Sequence record: MH460460.1
Strand: one strand, 5' to 3'
DNA length: 64,000 nucleotides
Every line of letters begins with the position of its first letter. Within the stretch, counting starts at the first letter, position 1. Position numbers and translations under genes: made by a program. Shown here in pieces: positions 19,277-28,571 of this stretch. Under the pieces are notes generated by a model. That model worked only from the letters and a program-made list of their open reading frames with translations. It made no database searches and was not told the origin of the DNA.

Positions 19277-19923
19277 TGTTTAAATATCCGTTTAAAATTT
19301 TAGGTGTTGAAGCTATTGGCACTCAAGGACGCGCTGAAATCTACACCGAAAGTTTAGTTCCGGCTATCGGTTCCATTGTTCCACTTGACCTGCATCCTTT
19401 TGCGCAGCACGGCCTTTGGTTCGTTACAGGTTGTGAAAATGGTGCGATTCAAATCGCAACTTATCGTATTCAGATTGACGATCCGTTTGCTCTGGTGAAA
19501 TTTATCAACTCTGGTTTAGTGCAAAACAAAGACGCTGATAATCGCAGAGTAATGATCAGCAAGTTCACACACGAATTCGTAAATGAATTGGCGCGTGCTG
19601 AAAAGAAATTCCCGAATTGGAACAAAGACGCCGTTTATGCAGCAAGCATTATGGGAGAAGAGAGCGGAGAAACTTTGCAGGCTGCGCTGGACTACCAGCA
19701 AGCACCAGCGCATAGCGATGAGCTGAAAGCGAAGATTCTCTTAGAGGCGATTCAAACGGGAGCAATGGCGTTACGCCTTCTGATCAACGGCGATAGTTTT
19801 GAGCATGACAGCAAATCGTTCTCGGTTGCCGAAGTCGATTCAATCCGCAAAATGTTGGAACTGCAACTCGATCCTGCGGAGATTGTTTCGTTCATCAAAG
19901 ATTTGATTCAGGAAAAAGGATGA
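19276..19923 (+). CDS. MazG-like NTP pyrophosphohydrolase domain protein
   Basis: NELARAEKKFP...IMGEESGETLQAAL...LLEAIQTGAMALR (EExxE...E pattern of the all-alpha NTP-PPase fold). Confidence 0.7.
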   Translation: MFKYPFKILGVEAIGTQGRAEIYTESLVPAIGSIVPLDLHPFAQHGLWFVTGCENGAIQIATYRIQIDDPFALVKFINSGLVQNKDADNRRVMISKFTHEFVNELARAEKKFPNWNKDAVYAASIMGEESGETLQAALDYQQAPAHSDELKAKILLEAIQTGAMALRLLINGDSFEHDSKSFSVAEVDSIRKMLELQLDPAEIVSFIKDLIQEKG

Positions 19924-20171
19924 TTCCATATAATGAAACTGCGGCGCAAATTTCTTTTTATGTTATTTTTTATAGCATACTTCTGTCTCTTAGCGCTGCT
20001 TTATCGTGGTGCGTATGTCGAGTATATAAAGTGATGCACGCTCACTTGAAAATATTCGCAGATTGTACAGACAGAGAGGCGCATATCGTTTTGGCAGCAA
20101 CACTGGCAACATCTACGTGGTTGGTCAATCTTCCTATTAAACTTTTGCTTTTTGTACTCACGCTAATTTGA
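19920..20171 (+). CDS. Small membrane protein
   Basis: Two hydrophobic segments. Confidence 0.6.
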   Translation: MIPYNETAAQISFYVIFYSILLSLSAALSWCVCRVYKVMHAHLKIFADCTDREAHIVLAATLATSTWLVNLPIKLLLFVLTLI

Positions 20172-20199
20172 AAGGGAATAATATTAGCGCGAGGTAGAC

Positions 20200-20511
20200 A
20201 TGTTCAAACCATTTAGATTTTTCGGACAGGAGAGAGCGCCGTCTAATGGGTTTTATCACATACGAAATTTCGTGCGAGATATTCCCGTTGACGCTGGACT
20301 CGAAGAGATTGAATTCGATTTCACTCCGGTAGAAATGAAAGCAATGTATCGCCCATCGTTGGCGCTCGAAGTTTATGACGTTGATGATGAGATTGAAATA
20401 ACTTCTATCGGAGTCCTCGGAAGCAAGTTGCTTGTCCGTTTGCAGAGACGCACTGGAAAAATTGCTCACATCAAAGCAGTATGGGAAGAGAGGTATCTTT
20501 ATGACTCTTAA
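20200..20511 (+). CDS. Hypothetical protein
   Basis: 103 aa, GAGG SD. Confidence 0.6.
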   Translation: MFKPFRFFGQERAPSNGFYHIRNFVRDIPVDAGLEEIEFDFTPVEMKAMYRPSLALEVYDVDDEIEITSIGVLGSKLLVRLQRRTGKIAHIKAVWEERYLYDS

Positions 20512-20905
20512 TTCCGGAATGCTGGTTGAGGATTACACTGGAACTTATCTTGTGCTGCGCGGCATTCCTCCGCGTGAAGGTTGTGTTGTAGAAACCGAAG
20601 ACGTGCCTTATATAAAGCTATCGTCTTCTGGTCGTGGTTATATTCTGGAATACATTTATGTTCCGGAAAGAATGAGAGGACATAAACTTTCGTTGTCCTT
20701 GCTGGAAGTTTTGTTTGAATATCAGGAGAAGAATAAAATCGACTTCCTGAAATTCGAATGTATTTGCAAACCCTTCTGGCGAAAAGTTTCGGCGAAGTTT
20801 CCGAAGCGTATTTTCTTCCCTCCAACTGTACTGCAAAAAACTAATGTCGCTGTTGTGCGCCTGCCACACATAAGACCCTCCGCAATCAAGATTGGAAAAC
20901 TGTAA
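20501..20905 (+). CDS. GNAT-family acetyltransferase
   Basis: LEYIYVPERMRGHKLSLSLL (motif A), PFWRK; likely start ATG 20501. Confidence 0.7.
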   Translation: MTLNSGMLVEDYTGTYLVLRGIPPREGCVVETEDVPYIKLSSSGRGYILEYIYVPERMRGHKLSLSLLEVLFEYQEKNKIDFLKFECICKPFWRKVSAKFPKRIFFPPTVLQKTNVAVVRLPHIRPSAIKIGKL

Positions 20906-20931
20906 ATATAAGGGGAAAGGATATCCCCTTA
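20900..20931 (+). promoter_or_regulatory. CTGTAAATA box plus hairpin (site B; CTG TAA is also the end of the upstream gene)
   Basis: CTGTAAATA-TAAGGGGA-AAGGATA-TCCCCTTA. Confidence 0.5.
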
Positions 20932-20950
20932 ACTTACTGAGAGGCCAATC

Positions 20951-21655
20951 ATGAAAACTCTTACTCCCGTCATTTCCTGCCAATGGTTCCATAACGGAGA
21001 TTTCCCCGGCGAAAATCCCGACTTTGAAGGAACGGTTGTGCGCTATTTCCGCCATCCAAATCATCCCGGCGAATCCATCTGTCCACACTGCAATAACAAA
21101 TTTCACGATCATGGTTTTGTAGACCGTTCGGAATCAATGGTTGTTTGTCCGGGCGATGTTCTTTTCAGTTTCTACGCCAACGATGTGATAGAAAATCTCG
21201 GAAAAATCAGCGCTAAGACTTATAAAGAAATCTTCGGCGCAGAAGCATTATTCCGGGCGCAACAACACAATCGCTCGTTTTCTTCCGGCGATACAGCCGA
21301 AGAAATTTTCCGTCGCAAGTTCTCTCTAGAGTACGCGCCGCAAATCCGTTCATACCTGAATGCTAAACTGGCTGAACACTGCAAACAGCATACGCAGTTG
21401 AAACTTGCACCTCCGTATCCTCCACGCAATTTGAATACACTGGAGTGGCACGTTAACCGCCTGAACGAAGCTATCGTGGAATACTGGACGCTGATTGCTT
21501 CTGAGTATCGCACAAACAATTCGCTTTCTTCTCGTGTTATGTGCGTCTGGAATTCTCCACTGATCAGAGAATTGCAGAATGACCTCAAGCCTCTTGATCT
21601 CAAACTTTTCGCAGAGGAAGAATTTAATGAACGATTCCCCAATTGGAAAAATTGA
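20951..21655 (+). CDS. Hypothetical protein with a Cys/His Zn-binding N-terminal domain
   Basis: VVRYFRHPNHPGESICPHCNNKFHDHGFVD...VVCPGD. Confidence 0.65.
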   Translation: MKTLTPVISCQWFHNGDFPGENPDFEGTVVRYFRHPNHPGESICPHCNNKFHDHGFVDRSESMVVCPGDVLFSFYANDVIENLGKISAKTYKEIFGAEALFRAQQHNRSFSSGDTAEEIFRRKFSLEYAPQIRSYLNAKLAEHCKQHTQLKLAPPYPPRNLNTLEWHVNRLNEAIVEYWTLIASEYRTNNSLSSRVMCVWNSPLIRELQNDLKPLDLKLFAEEEFNERFPNWKN

Positions 21656-22097
21656 TTTTGAAGCTAATCCTTCTATCACGCAGGTAGAAGCGTTCTTAGA
21701 ACACTACAACTGGATTAGCTACAACGGTATTATGCGCGTTAAGAACAACGGCAAACTGTTAGTCTGGTCGGTTGATATCCGCAACCTGTACAACATTTTC
21801 CCGCGCTATGTCGAAGCATATAACAGCGAAGGCGAGCGCGTAAAGGCATTGCGCCTTGTTCTGCATTTTGAATACCGCGAAATGCAAACGGCTATCTATC
21901 CTGCTGATGATATTCTTTGGAAGGATATTCTATGCGCATTTATTTTCCTGCGCGATTACTATCAGAAAATCGAAAGCAGTGTTGAATATTCTCCTTCGAT
22001 TTTCTATGTCCAACCGAAAGCAACCTACGACGATAGTGTTTTCAAAAACATCGACGTTAACTCACCGCACAAGTGGAGCGTAATTGAAAATGAGTGA
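21627..22097 (+). CDS. Hypothetical protein
   Basis: Likely start ATG 21627 with GAGG SD. Confidence 0.6.
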   Translation: MNDSPIGKIDFEANPSITQVEAFLEHYNWISYNGIMRVKNNGKLLVWSVDIRNLYNIFPRYVEAYNSEGERVKALRLVLHFEYREMQTAIYPADDILWKDILCAFIFLRDYYQKIESSVEYSPSIFYVQPKATYDDSVFKNIDVNSPHKWSVIENE

Positions 22098-23049
22098 TAA
22101 CTCTCGCGACATGATTGATCTTCCGGAAATCTATTTCTCCCCTGAATGGCGTGAAGCCAATCCGGATACCGATCCTATGCAAGCTATTCCTAAGCAGTAT
22201 CGCGATGTGCTGTTAGAAAAACAGGATCGCCACGTTACGATCATTCGCCCTATCGACGAAGACACCGAAAGCAATAACATGTTTACGTGCGCAATGGATC
22301 TTCCGATCCCGCCTAATGTTTTGCGCAGCGTTATCGAAGGGCATATGTCGCTGGAAGTTTTCTGCACTAAAAAACAACTGGTGTTGGTAGGCAACAAACA
22401 TTTCGACACGGTTGATTTGTTTCGTTTCTACGGCTGGCGCGATAAAGCCAAAGAGATTCTTGCGCCGCTGTATGTCGATCTTTGGCAACAACTCAAAAAG
22501 ATTCCTGACATGGAATTCTACGTCGATCATGCTGAGGGAATTTTGGTTCGCAAAGGCGGCGTTGATCTGAGTGGTTTCTACACTCCGTTTGAATTGGTTT
22601 CTCGCGCTATCGCTGCGCACGCCATTCACGAAAAAGTAGTGATGCAAATTTCCAAAGTGAACAGCGCCGAAGGTGAAACGGAAATTGTTGTTCCGGAAAT
22701 CACCGGGAACGTCACTTACGAAGATATGGCTGCGGAATTCAACAAACGTTTGAAACCGTTGCAGCCTCTCTACGAACAGAACGGAATTTTCACTGCGTTC
22801 TTTGCGCGTAGCAGTACGCACGATGGAATTGACATTGTTTCGGTTCTGCCTAATGGCATGGGCGGTTATGTCAATCTGTCACTTACCCTGAGTCTGTATC
22901 TGTACGGTAACAATCTGATGCAGCCTAAGTTTAAACAAGAAGGCGATATGTTTATGGTTAGCTGCGAAGATACCGACGCTTTCGTTGCTGCCGATGTTGC
23001 CGCGTGGATCAATTTTGAGGAAATGGAAAGTGAATATAATCTCTGCTGA
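22090..23049 (+). CDS. Hypothetical protein
   Basis: 319 aa; C-terminal domain weakly similar to that of the next ORF. Confidence 0.65.
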   Translation: MSDNSRDMIDLPEIYFSPEWREANPDTDPMQAIPKQYRDVLLEKQDRHVTIIRPIDEDTESNNMFTCAMDLPIPPNVLRSVIEGHMSLEVFCTKKQLVLVGNKHFDTVDLFRFYGWRDKAKEILAPLYVDLWQQLKKIPDMEFYVDHAEGILVRKGGVDLSGFYTPFELVSRAIAAHAIHEKVVMQISKVNSAEGETEIVVPEITGNVTYEDMAAEFNKRLKPLQPLYEQNGIFTAFFARSSTHDGIDIVSVLPNGMGGYVNLSLTLSLYLYGNNLMQPKFKQEGDMFMVSCEDTDAFVAADVAAWINFEEMESEYNLC

Positions 23050-23893
23050 TAGCAACGCCAAACTTGGTCTTTGGATCGTTGTTGAGCCGGAAGAAAACGA
23101 AGTGATTGAGGAAGGAACTTTCGAATATACCTATGTCGGAAAAATTCTTCTGGAAAATACAACGGCGAAAAAAGTCGGCGAGCAATATCATATCACGTAT
23201 GAAGACGCCAGCCTGCCGGGTAGTCCGGAAGTGTACGATCATTTGGCGATGTTCCATGCGCACGCGCTTACGCCTTACTTCGAAAACATCAACGCAATTG
23301 AACATGGTTGCCTGCCGTCTGAATTCCCTGCGCCTATGATCAAGAAGATGCAAGAAGCGATCAAAGATAAAGGACAGACGCTGACTGCTAACGAACTGTT
23401 CGGAAAACTTACGATCAACATTTTCGAAAAAGAAGATCTGATTGCTACGTTTGAAGCGTCAACGGCTGAGGCGTATCTGGATTATCTCGTTAGCGGATTG
23501 CCTCGCGCAAAGAATTTCTACGATCACCGTGCGAAAACGTTCGGGCATTACGGCAACGATAAAACAGAGGCGTATGTAGAACAGCTTAACGATAAACTGA
23601 GCGCTGCGGCAAATGCTGTCGGTGTTCCGGTTTCGTATGCGTTCTTTGATGCCAACGCATTGCATTTCGTTGTCGGTTTCCGTAACGGACGCTCTACGGT
23701 ACAAAGCTATCCGGGCTGCATTCTGAACTTTCTCGAAGAGAATCAGATTGAAGTTCCTTTCGAAGTGACTACCGAAGAAAATTCATTTGCATTTGGTAGC
23801 GGCATTGAAAAAGTTCTTCCGGCGCATATTCTGCATACCATGCGCAATCTGAACAAATGGCCTATTTTGCAATTGATCGGTAAAGTGCGGTAA
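23030..23893 (+). CDS. Hypothetical protein
   Basis: Likely GTG start at 23030. Confidence 0.65.
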   Translation: MNIISADSNAKLGLWIVVEPEENEVIEEGTFEYTYVGKILLENTTAKKVGEQYHITYEDASLPGSPEVYDHLAMFHAHALTPYFENINAIEHGCLPSEFPAPMIKKMQEAIKDKGQTLTANELFGKLTINIFEKEDLIATFEASTAEAYLDYLVSGLPRAKNFYDHRAKTFGHYGNDKTEAYVEQLNDKLSAAANAVGVPVSYAFFDANALHFVVGFRNGRSTVQSYPGCILNFLEENQIEVPFEVTTEENSFAFGSGIEKVLPAHILHTMRNLNKWPILQLIGKVR

Positions 23894-23894
23894 T

Positions 23895-23932
23895 CTGTAA
23901 ATAAGGGATGTGAAGTGCATCCCTTTTGTTTT
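23895..23932 (+). promoter_or_regulatory. CTGTAAATA box plus terminator hairpin (site C)
   Basis: CTGTAAAT-AAGGGATG-TGAAGTG-CATCCCTT-TTGTTTT, intergenic. Confidence 0.6.
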
Positions 23933-23942
23933 GGAGGAAAGA

Positions 23943-24278
23943 ATGTTAGTGATTGATAAGCGCACGCCTGCAAATATCGAATACCGGGAGCTTTCAATAA
24001 GTGGGCTTGTCGGTACGCGGCTTGTTTCTTTGCTTGGGACAAGTATTTTTGCGGAACTGGCGCACGAAAACATTCAAGCAGAACTGGAATTCTATTTGAA
24101 TGCTTGGGACATTCCTAATCAGGCAGAACTGCATCAATTTACTGGCGAAACTTCTGACGCTGCGTTGGAGCTAACGAAGTTCTGCGAAGGTAAAAAGCGT
24201 GTTGCTGTTTGCCGTGATTGGATGAATCTTACTATTCATATGGCGGATATCTCTAATGTTGAACAAACGTCTAACTGA
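23943..24278 (+). CDS. Hypothetical protein
   Basis: ATG 23943 with GGAGGA SD. Confidence 0.6.
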   Translation: MLVIDKRTPANIEYRELSISGLVGTRLVSLLGTSIFAELAHENIQAELEFYLNAWDIPNQAELHQFTGETSDAALELTKFCEGKKRVAVCRDWMNLTIHMADISNVEQTSN

Positions 24279-24543
24279 ATTAGAAGCAATTCTTAAAACT
24301 ATTAAAACAGACGACGCGGCAGTTAATGGCGCATTGGATAAAATCAAACAGATTCGTGAAGAAGAAAATGAAGTGCCAAAAGTATTCACGGTGAAACATT
24401 ACGTGTCTGATGAACATCCATCACTGCGGGGAATAGGAGTAGATATTTTTGTTGCGGAGGATCGCGATGAAGTTGAAGAATTTGCTGCTGACCTTAACCG
24501 CTTACTGGCGAGAATTCCTCCTCACAAAAATTCGCAAGGTTGA
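24256..24543 (+). CDS. Hypothetical protein (N-terminal coiled coil)
   Basis: 95-aa ORF. Confidence 0.55.
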   Translation: MLNKRLTELEAILKTIKTDDAAVNGALDKIKQIREEENEVPKVFTVKHYVSDEHPSLRGIGVDIFVAEDRDEVEEFAADLNRLLARIPPHKNSQG

Positions 24544-24895
24544 GTTTCGCCGTGCGAAGTTTCGCGAAGTCGCTGACGCCTTCCTGCTGTATGAGTCGTT
24601 AAGAAATTTCGATGATCTGTATAGCGTGTGGGATTACGGCACGGTGTATGCTGCATTCCACAAAAATATTCTGATTGGCTATATGTCCATTTCTGACGAT
24701 GAGCTGATCAGTTTTTATGTTTGCCCTGAGTGGCGAAATAAAGGCTTGGGAAATGCCTTGCTGGAGAGATACTCTCCGCTTGTATCACATGTTATGGTGT
24801 GGCGTGATAATAAAAAAGCATTCCACCTATACAATAAATATGGTTTTCGAAAAGAAATCTACTCCACTGAAACAGTTGTTGTGCTAGGAAAATAA
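24467..24895 (+). CDS. GNAT-family acetyltransferase
   Basis: LISFYVCPEWRNKGLGNALL, NKKAFHLYNKYGF; GGAGGA SD before ATG 24467. Confidence 0.8.
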   Translation: MKLKNLLLTLTAYWREFLLTKIRKVEFRRAKFREVADAFLLYESLRNFDDLYSVWDYGTVYAAFHKNILIGYMSISDDELISFYVCPEWRNKGLGNALLERYSPLVSHVMVWRDNKKAFHLYNKYGFRKEIYSTETVVVLGK

Positions 24896-24897
24896 TA

Positions 24898-25053
24898 ATG
24901 GATATGTTAACCGCGTTCGTTTTCTTTATCATGATTATCCTTATGCTGATAGTCGGCGCAGTTACAGTGTTGTTGTTCACAATCAAAAATTTCCCAATTA
25001 TTTCGGCTATCGTTGTTGCAGCGGTAGTCGTCTATTTCATCAAACGCAAATGA
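24898..25053 (+). CDS. Small two-TM membrane protein (not in ORF track)
   Basis: 51 aa, MDMLTAFVFFIMIILMLIVGAVTVLLF...IISAIVVAAVVVYFIKRK. Confidence 0.65.
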   Translation: MDMLTAFVFFIMIILMLIVGAVTVLLFTIKNFPIISAIVVAAVVVYFIKRK

Positions 25054-25060
25054 GGAAAGA

Positions 25061-25474
25061 ATGACTACAATTTATTACGGCGAACGAATTCAGCAAGCGG
25101 TAGATGGCAATAAAACGGATGTGCCGTTTGTTACTGTCTCTCTTGATACTGAAACTCCTAATCCGGAAGAAGTTGCGATCACTCATCGCCTTCTTATTCT
25201 CGGTGCCATTGGCGCAATTCTCGTTACGGAAACTTTGGAAGAACTTTATATTCCCATCCAACTGGACGAGATCAATAACGTGTTTCTGGAAGAACAGTGG
25301 CATTCTCTGCGCAGAAGTCATCCGGTTAAAACGGTTAAGTTCCGCGATGAGAACGACAACACGGGCTACGGCAAGCTGGCGCAGGAACTTCAAAAATATC
25401 GCCGCGCTGGTTTGATGATCATGAAAACCGATGTAGGCGCGACTGCTGAAATTGTGGAGATTGAATTATTATGA
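25061..25474 (+). CDS. Hypothetical protein
   Basis: 137 aa, GAGG SD. Confidence 0.6.
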   Translation: MTTIYYGERIQQAVDGNKTDVPFVTVSLDTETPNPEEVAITHRLLILGAIGAILVTETLEELYIPIQLDEINNVFLEEQWHSLRRSHPVKTVKFRDENDNTGYGKLAQELQKYRRAGLMIMKTDVGATAEIVEIELL

Positions 25475-26190
25475 CAAGTGAGCAAATCAATGCGGCTGTT
25501 GCTAAAACATTGGATATGTTTCGCAGCCTAAGCGAACATGCTAAAGAACAAAATCTGTTTCTCGATTTTGAACAAAGCGGCGCAATTGTGCATTACCCAA
25601 AACGGATCATCAATTCTCGCCAGACGTATTCTTTGTACGATCTGGTAAGCATGGCGATGATCGCTGTCGTCGCTGATAAAAAGTTTTCAGTGTGCATTAA
25701 CGCAACGGCTGGTGAAAATTTTCTACAGCCTTTCGTAGAATTCGAAGGCACTGAGCCGAAGCTGGATGATGTTTTTGTGGCATTGAATGACTCGCTGGAT
25801 AAATTCATCGCTGACAATCCTATCGATGGGCTGAAATGCGGCTGGCGCTATGCACCTGAGCCGGGCATTAACGATGATCGTTCCAGTGCGCCGTTCGCGC
25901 TTCTTAGCAATATTTATGCTAATGGTGCGTTTACGGATATCCGATTCACTCGCGATTTTCTTTTCTTCTTTGTTCTGTCGGATGCTATTCGCTATTCCGA
26001 AAAACATCGTGTGCGCGAAGGCAGTACCGAAAGCTATTCGTACATCGGATTGCCTGATGAATTACATTCCGGATATCACGAAGCAATGAAAGAGATTCTT
26101 GAGAAAGTGCAGAAAGCTATTCTCGAAGATGCTTTCAAAAAACAGTATTCGGTTCAGCCTAAAACAGAGGTGCGCTCCGATGTTCAGTGA
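25471..26190 (+). CDS. Hypothetical protein
   Basis: 239 aa. Confidence 0.65.
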   Translation: MTSEQINAAVAKTLDMFRSLSEHAKEQNLFLDFEQSGAIVHYPKRIINSRQTYSLYDLVSMAMIAVVADKKFSVCINATAGENFLQPFVEFEGTEPKLDDVFVALNDSLDKFIADNPIDGLKCGWRYAPEPGINDDRSSAPFALLSNIYANGAFTDIRFTRDFLFFFVLSDAIRYSEKHRVREGSTESYSYIGLPDELHSGYHEAMKEILEKVQKAILEDAFKKQYSVQPKTEVRSDVQ

Positions 26191-26491
26191 AAATAAAGAA
26201 CTCGAAAGAATCATGGTTCGCATGGCTGAACGTTTTGATTCTTTTTATCACCGCCTGTACTGTCTGAAACTCGAAAAAGGAATGGAAGCAGAATTGCGTG
26301 GGCCAACTGCCTGCTGTCCAAAATCCGGATCGGATGCGGATATGCTGGAAGAGATTCTGCGTTTTCAAAATAAAATCATCACGACGATTGCGGAAATTCG
26401 CGCACTGCAATCTAATGACTCTGCAAAGAGTTACAGCCTTACCGCCAGTGATATTTATTTGGCGGTTCCACAACTGGAATGGATTGAATGA
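26180..26491 (+). CDS. Hypothetical protein
   Basis: Likely start ATG 26180 (GAGG SD). Confidence 0.55.
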   Translation: MFSENKELERIMVRMAERFDSFYHRLYCLKLEKGMEAELRGPTACCPKSGSDADMLEEILRFQNKIITTIAEIRALQSNDSAKSYSLTASDIYLAVPQLEWIE

Positions 26492-26844
26492 AATCTTTAA
26501 AACTACTCTGCCTTTTGTTTGTTTCCTGTTTCAGCTTCGGAAGCACTATCGTAACTTCTGTTGGAAACAGTACATTTGTTTCGGATAGTAACGGAACAAC
26601 GGTATACAACAAGGTGGGAAATCAGATTTACGGAAGCGATGGAACATCTGTAAATAGGTATGGTAACACCACTATTCTGAATGACGGGCAAGGCAATTCC
26701 ACCATCTATAATAAAGTTGGTAGCAGCACGTTAGGCAGCGACGGCACGCTGATTCAGAATGTAGGCGGCAGCACTTTTATTACTGACGGCAACGGTAAAA
26801 CAACTGTTTGCTCTCATGTAGGAAACTCAACCTTCTGCAATTAG
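26488..26844 (+). CDS. Secreted beta-hairpin repeat protein
   Basis: Signal peptide MKSLKLLCLLFVSCFSFG; repeats of xVGNxT/SDG; C-terminal CSHVGNSTFC Cys pair. Confidence 0.75.
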   Translation: MKSLKLLCLLFVSCFSFGSTIVTSVGNSTFVSDSNGTTVYNKVGNQIYGSDGTSVNRYGNTTILNDGQGNSTIYNKVGSSTLGSDGTLIQNVGGSTFITDGNGKTTVCSHVGNSTFCN

Positions 26845-26852
26845 GAAAACCT

Positions 26853-27605
26853 ATGCGCCCGTTATTTGAATTGCGTCAAATGGAATCTTTGTTTTGGTAT
26901 GCTGAAAATATTTTGCGAATCGCGCAGAAACTTCCGCTAATTCCTATGCCAAACTATCAGACGGAACAAAATTCTATTCTGAATGAAGAAGAGATTATTT
27001 CTCGAATTGAACAGATTAAAGGTTCGCTGTCGCGTCTTACGAAACATACAGCGTTCTATACTCGGATTCAAAACGAGTGTTCGTTTCTTGAAATCGAACA
27101 GATAGATCTTAACTTCCAAAAAATTGACGCTATCGTTGCTGTGGTAGATCGTGCGATTGCAGAGCGGGGAAGAATCCTATCGATAAGTTCATCCACGTAT
27201 CTTCTCAATCAAGAAGAAGTTATGCCACCACTAACGATAACTGAATTCACAAGCAGTTATTCAATACAGGCGCATCGCAATATTTACCATCACGCGTTGC
27301 AAGCAGAAGCATTCGAGTGGATGTGTTGCTTGGACGCGTGCCTATCGCATGGAAACTTAGGCGAGCTTTTACCAGAACCTCCACAACCTGTCGGAGCGCC
27401 TAGCGGCAATCTCTACGATTACAACGATCAAATTTGTGCTTCAATTTCGCAAAGAACCATGCGTGCATTGCACGAACGAACTACTTACATGGTTTCGACT
27501 TACGGATTAGAAGTCCTCTTCCCTTGCCTTGTTGATAACATTCGGATGCTTGATGAAGACGTTCAAGAGCGAATGGAGGAACGACGCAGAAATAAAGGAG
27601 ACTGA
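26853..27605 (+). CDS. Hypothetical protein
   Basis: Likely start ATG 26853. Confidence 0.6.
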   Translation: MRPLFELRQMESLFWYAENILRIAQKLPLIPMPNYQTEQNSILNEEEIISRIEQIKGSLSRLTKHTAFYTRIQNECSFLEIEQIDLNFQKIDAIVAVVDRAIAERGRILSISSSTYLLNQEEVMPPLTITEFTSSYSIQAHRNIYHHALQAEAFEWMCCLDACLSHGNLGELLPEPPQPVGAPSGNLYDYNDQICASISQRTMRALHERTTYMVSTYGLEVLFPCLVDNIRMLDEDVQERMEERRRNKGD

Positions 27606-27606
27606 A

Positions 27607-27867
27607 ATGTTTTCGGGGAAAACTGTTTTTGAATTGAAGGCCACGCACGGATTACCTCTCGATGTATCGGTTGATCGAATCATTGTTCAAAACAATATGG
27701 CAATCGACTGGCCTGAATTTATTCGCACCGCACGTAAAAATCTTCGTTGGGATTTTCAGACAATTTCAGATATTGAAAATGCTTTGATGGATGCCGACGT
27801 GGATCGTAACGTAGCAGCGGAAATTGTAACGCGCTGCAAACTATGGGTGATGCAAAACCCAATTTAA
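27607..27867 (+). CDS. Stand-alone alanyl-tRNA synthetase-like fragment
   Basis: FSGKTVFELKATHGLPLDVS...MAIDWPEF resembles AlaRS lsG..aFkLyDTyGfPldlt...l.vD..gF; AAGGAG SD. Confidence 0.6.
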   Translation: MFSGKTVFELKATHGLPLDVSVDRIIVQNNMAIDWPEFIRTARKNLRWDFQTISDIENALMDADVDRNVAAEIVTRCKLWVMQNPI

Positions 27868-27929
27868 TAAAGCCAATAGTGCTATAGTTCAAAAGTTCTA
27901 TAGCCTACTTCCTAAAAAGGAACGAAGTC

Positions 27930-28571
27930 ATGAAAAAAGAAACTCTGATCAAAGCAACTAACGCTGTCGCTAATGCAACTCCGGAAGCAATCAAGTCTCT
28001 GGATTTGAAACCGGTGCGTAAATACAAAGAGCATACGAGCTATTCGAGTGCTTTTGCAATCGGCGAACATGCGGAGTTGTGTTTTGATATGTCAGAGCAA
28101 ATTCCTTTCGGTCGTATCGAAGGGATTGAGTTTGGCGTAAACGGAATCAATTACACTGTCGCTATGGCAGTTAATACAGGCACGCAGGAAAAGCCTGATT
28201 ATGAATTCCATAGCGGTCGTCCTATTGTTGGTGTGGATGAGCGCCTGTTGGATTCGTTTGTTTCCACGCTGCCGAATGATATCGCAGGCAAATATCCTAC
28301 GCTGGAAGGTTGTAAATTCCAGATCGGCGATACAGTGCGTTTCAAACTCGAAGATCACGTTGCGAAAGTCGGTGCGGCAATCCCTGTTTTGATTTGGGGC
28401 GTTAGCTACACCAAAGGAAAAGTAATGTATGACGTGAGCATTGACGCAGATGAATATCAAAATACTTCTGCGTACAATGATATCTACGAGCGTTATTTGA
28501 AACACTCAATGGATCGCGTCGATTCTGTTTTCATTCAACCAATCGGCGGGTGGAAACTTGAAACAAATTGA
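27930..28571 (+). CDS. Tandem SH3/KOW-like repeat protein (paralog of 18566-19276)
   Basis: FAIGEHAEL...IEGIEFGVNGINYTVAM and FQIGDTVRF...IWGVSYTKGKVMYDVSI. Confidence 0.6.
   Translation: MKKETLIKATNAVANATPEAIKSLDLKPVRKYKEHTSYSSAFAIGEHAELCFDMSEQIPFGRIEGIEFGVNGINYTVAMAVNTGTQEKPDYEFHSGRPIVGVDERLLDSFVSTLPNDIAGKYPTLEGCKFQIGDTVRFKLEDHVAKVGAAIPVLIWGVSYTKGKVMYDVSIDADEYQNTSAYNDIYERYLKHSMDRVDSVFIQPIGGWKLETN

Noticed and set aside
24449-24543. Programmed frameshift fusing the 24256 ORF to the GNAT
   Set aside because: A perfect GGAGGA SD precedes ATG 24467, so independent initiation explains the overlap.
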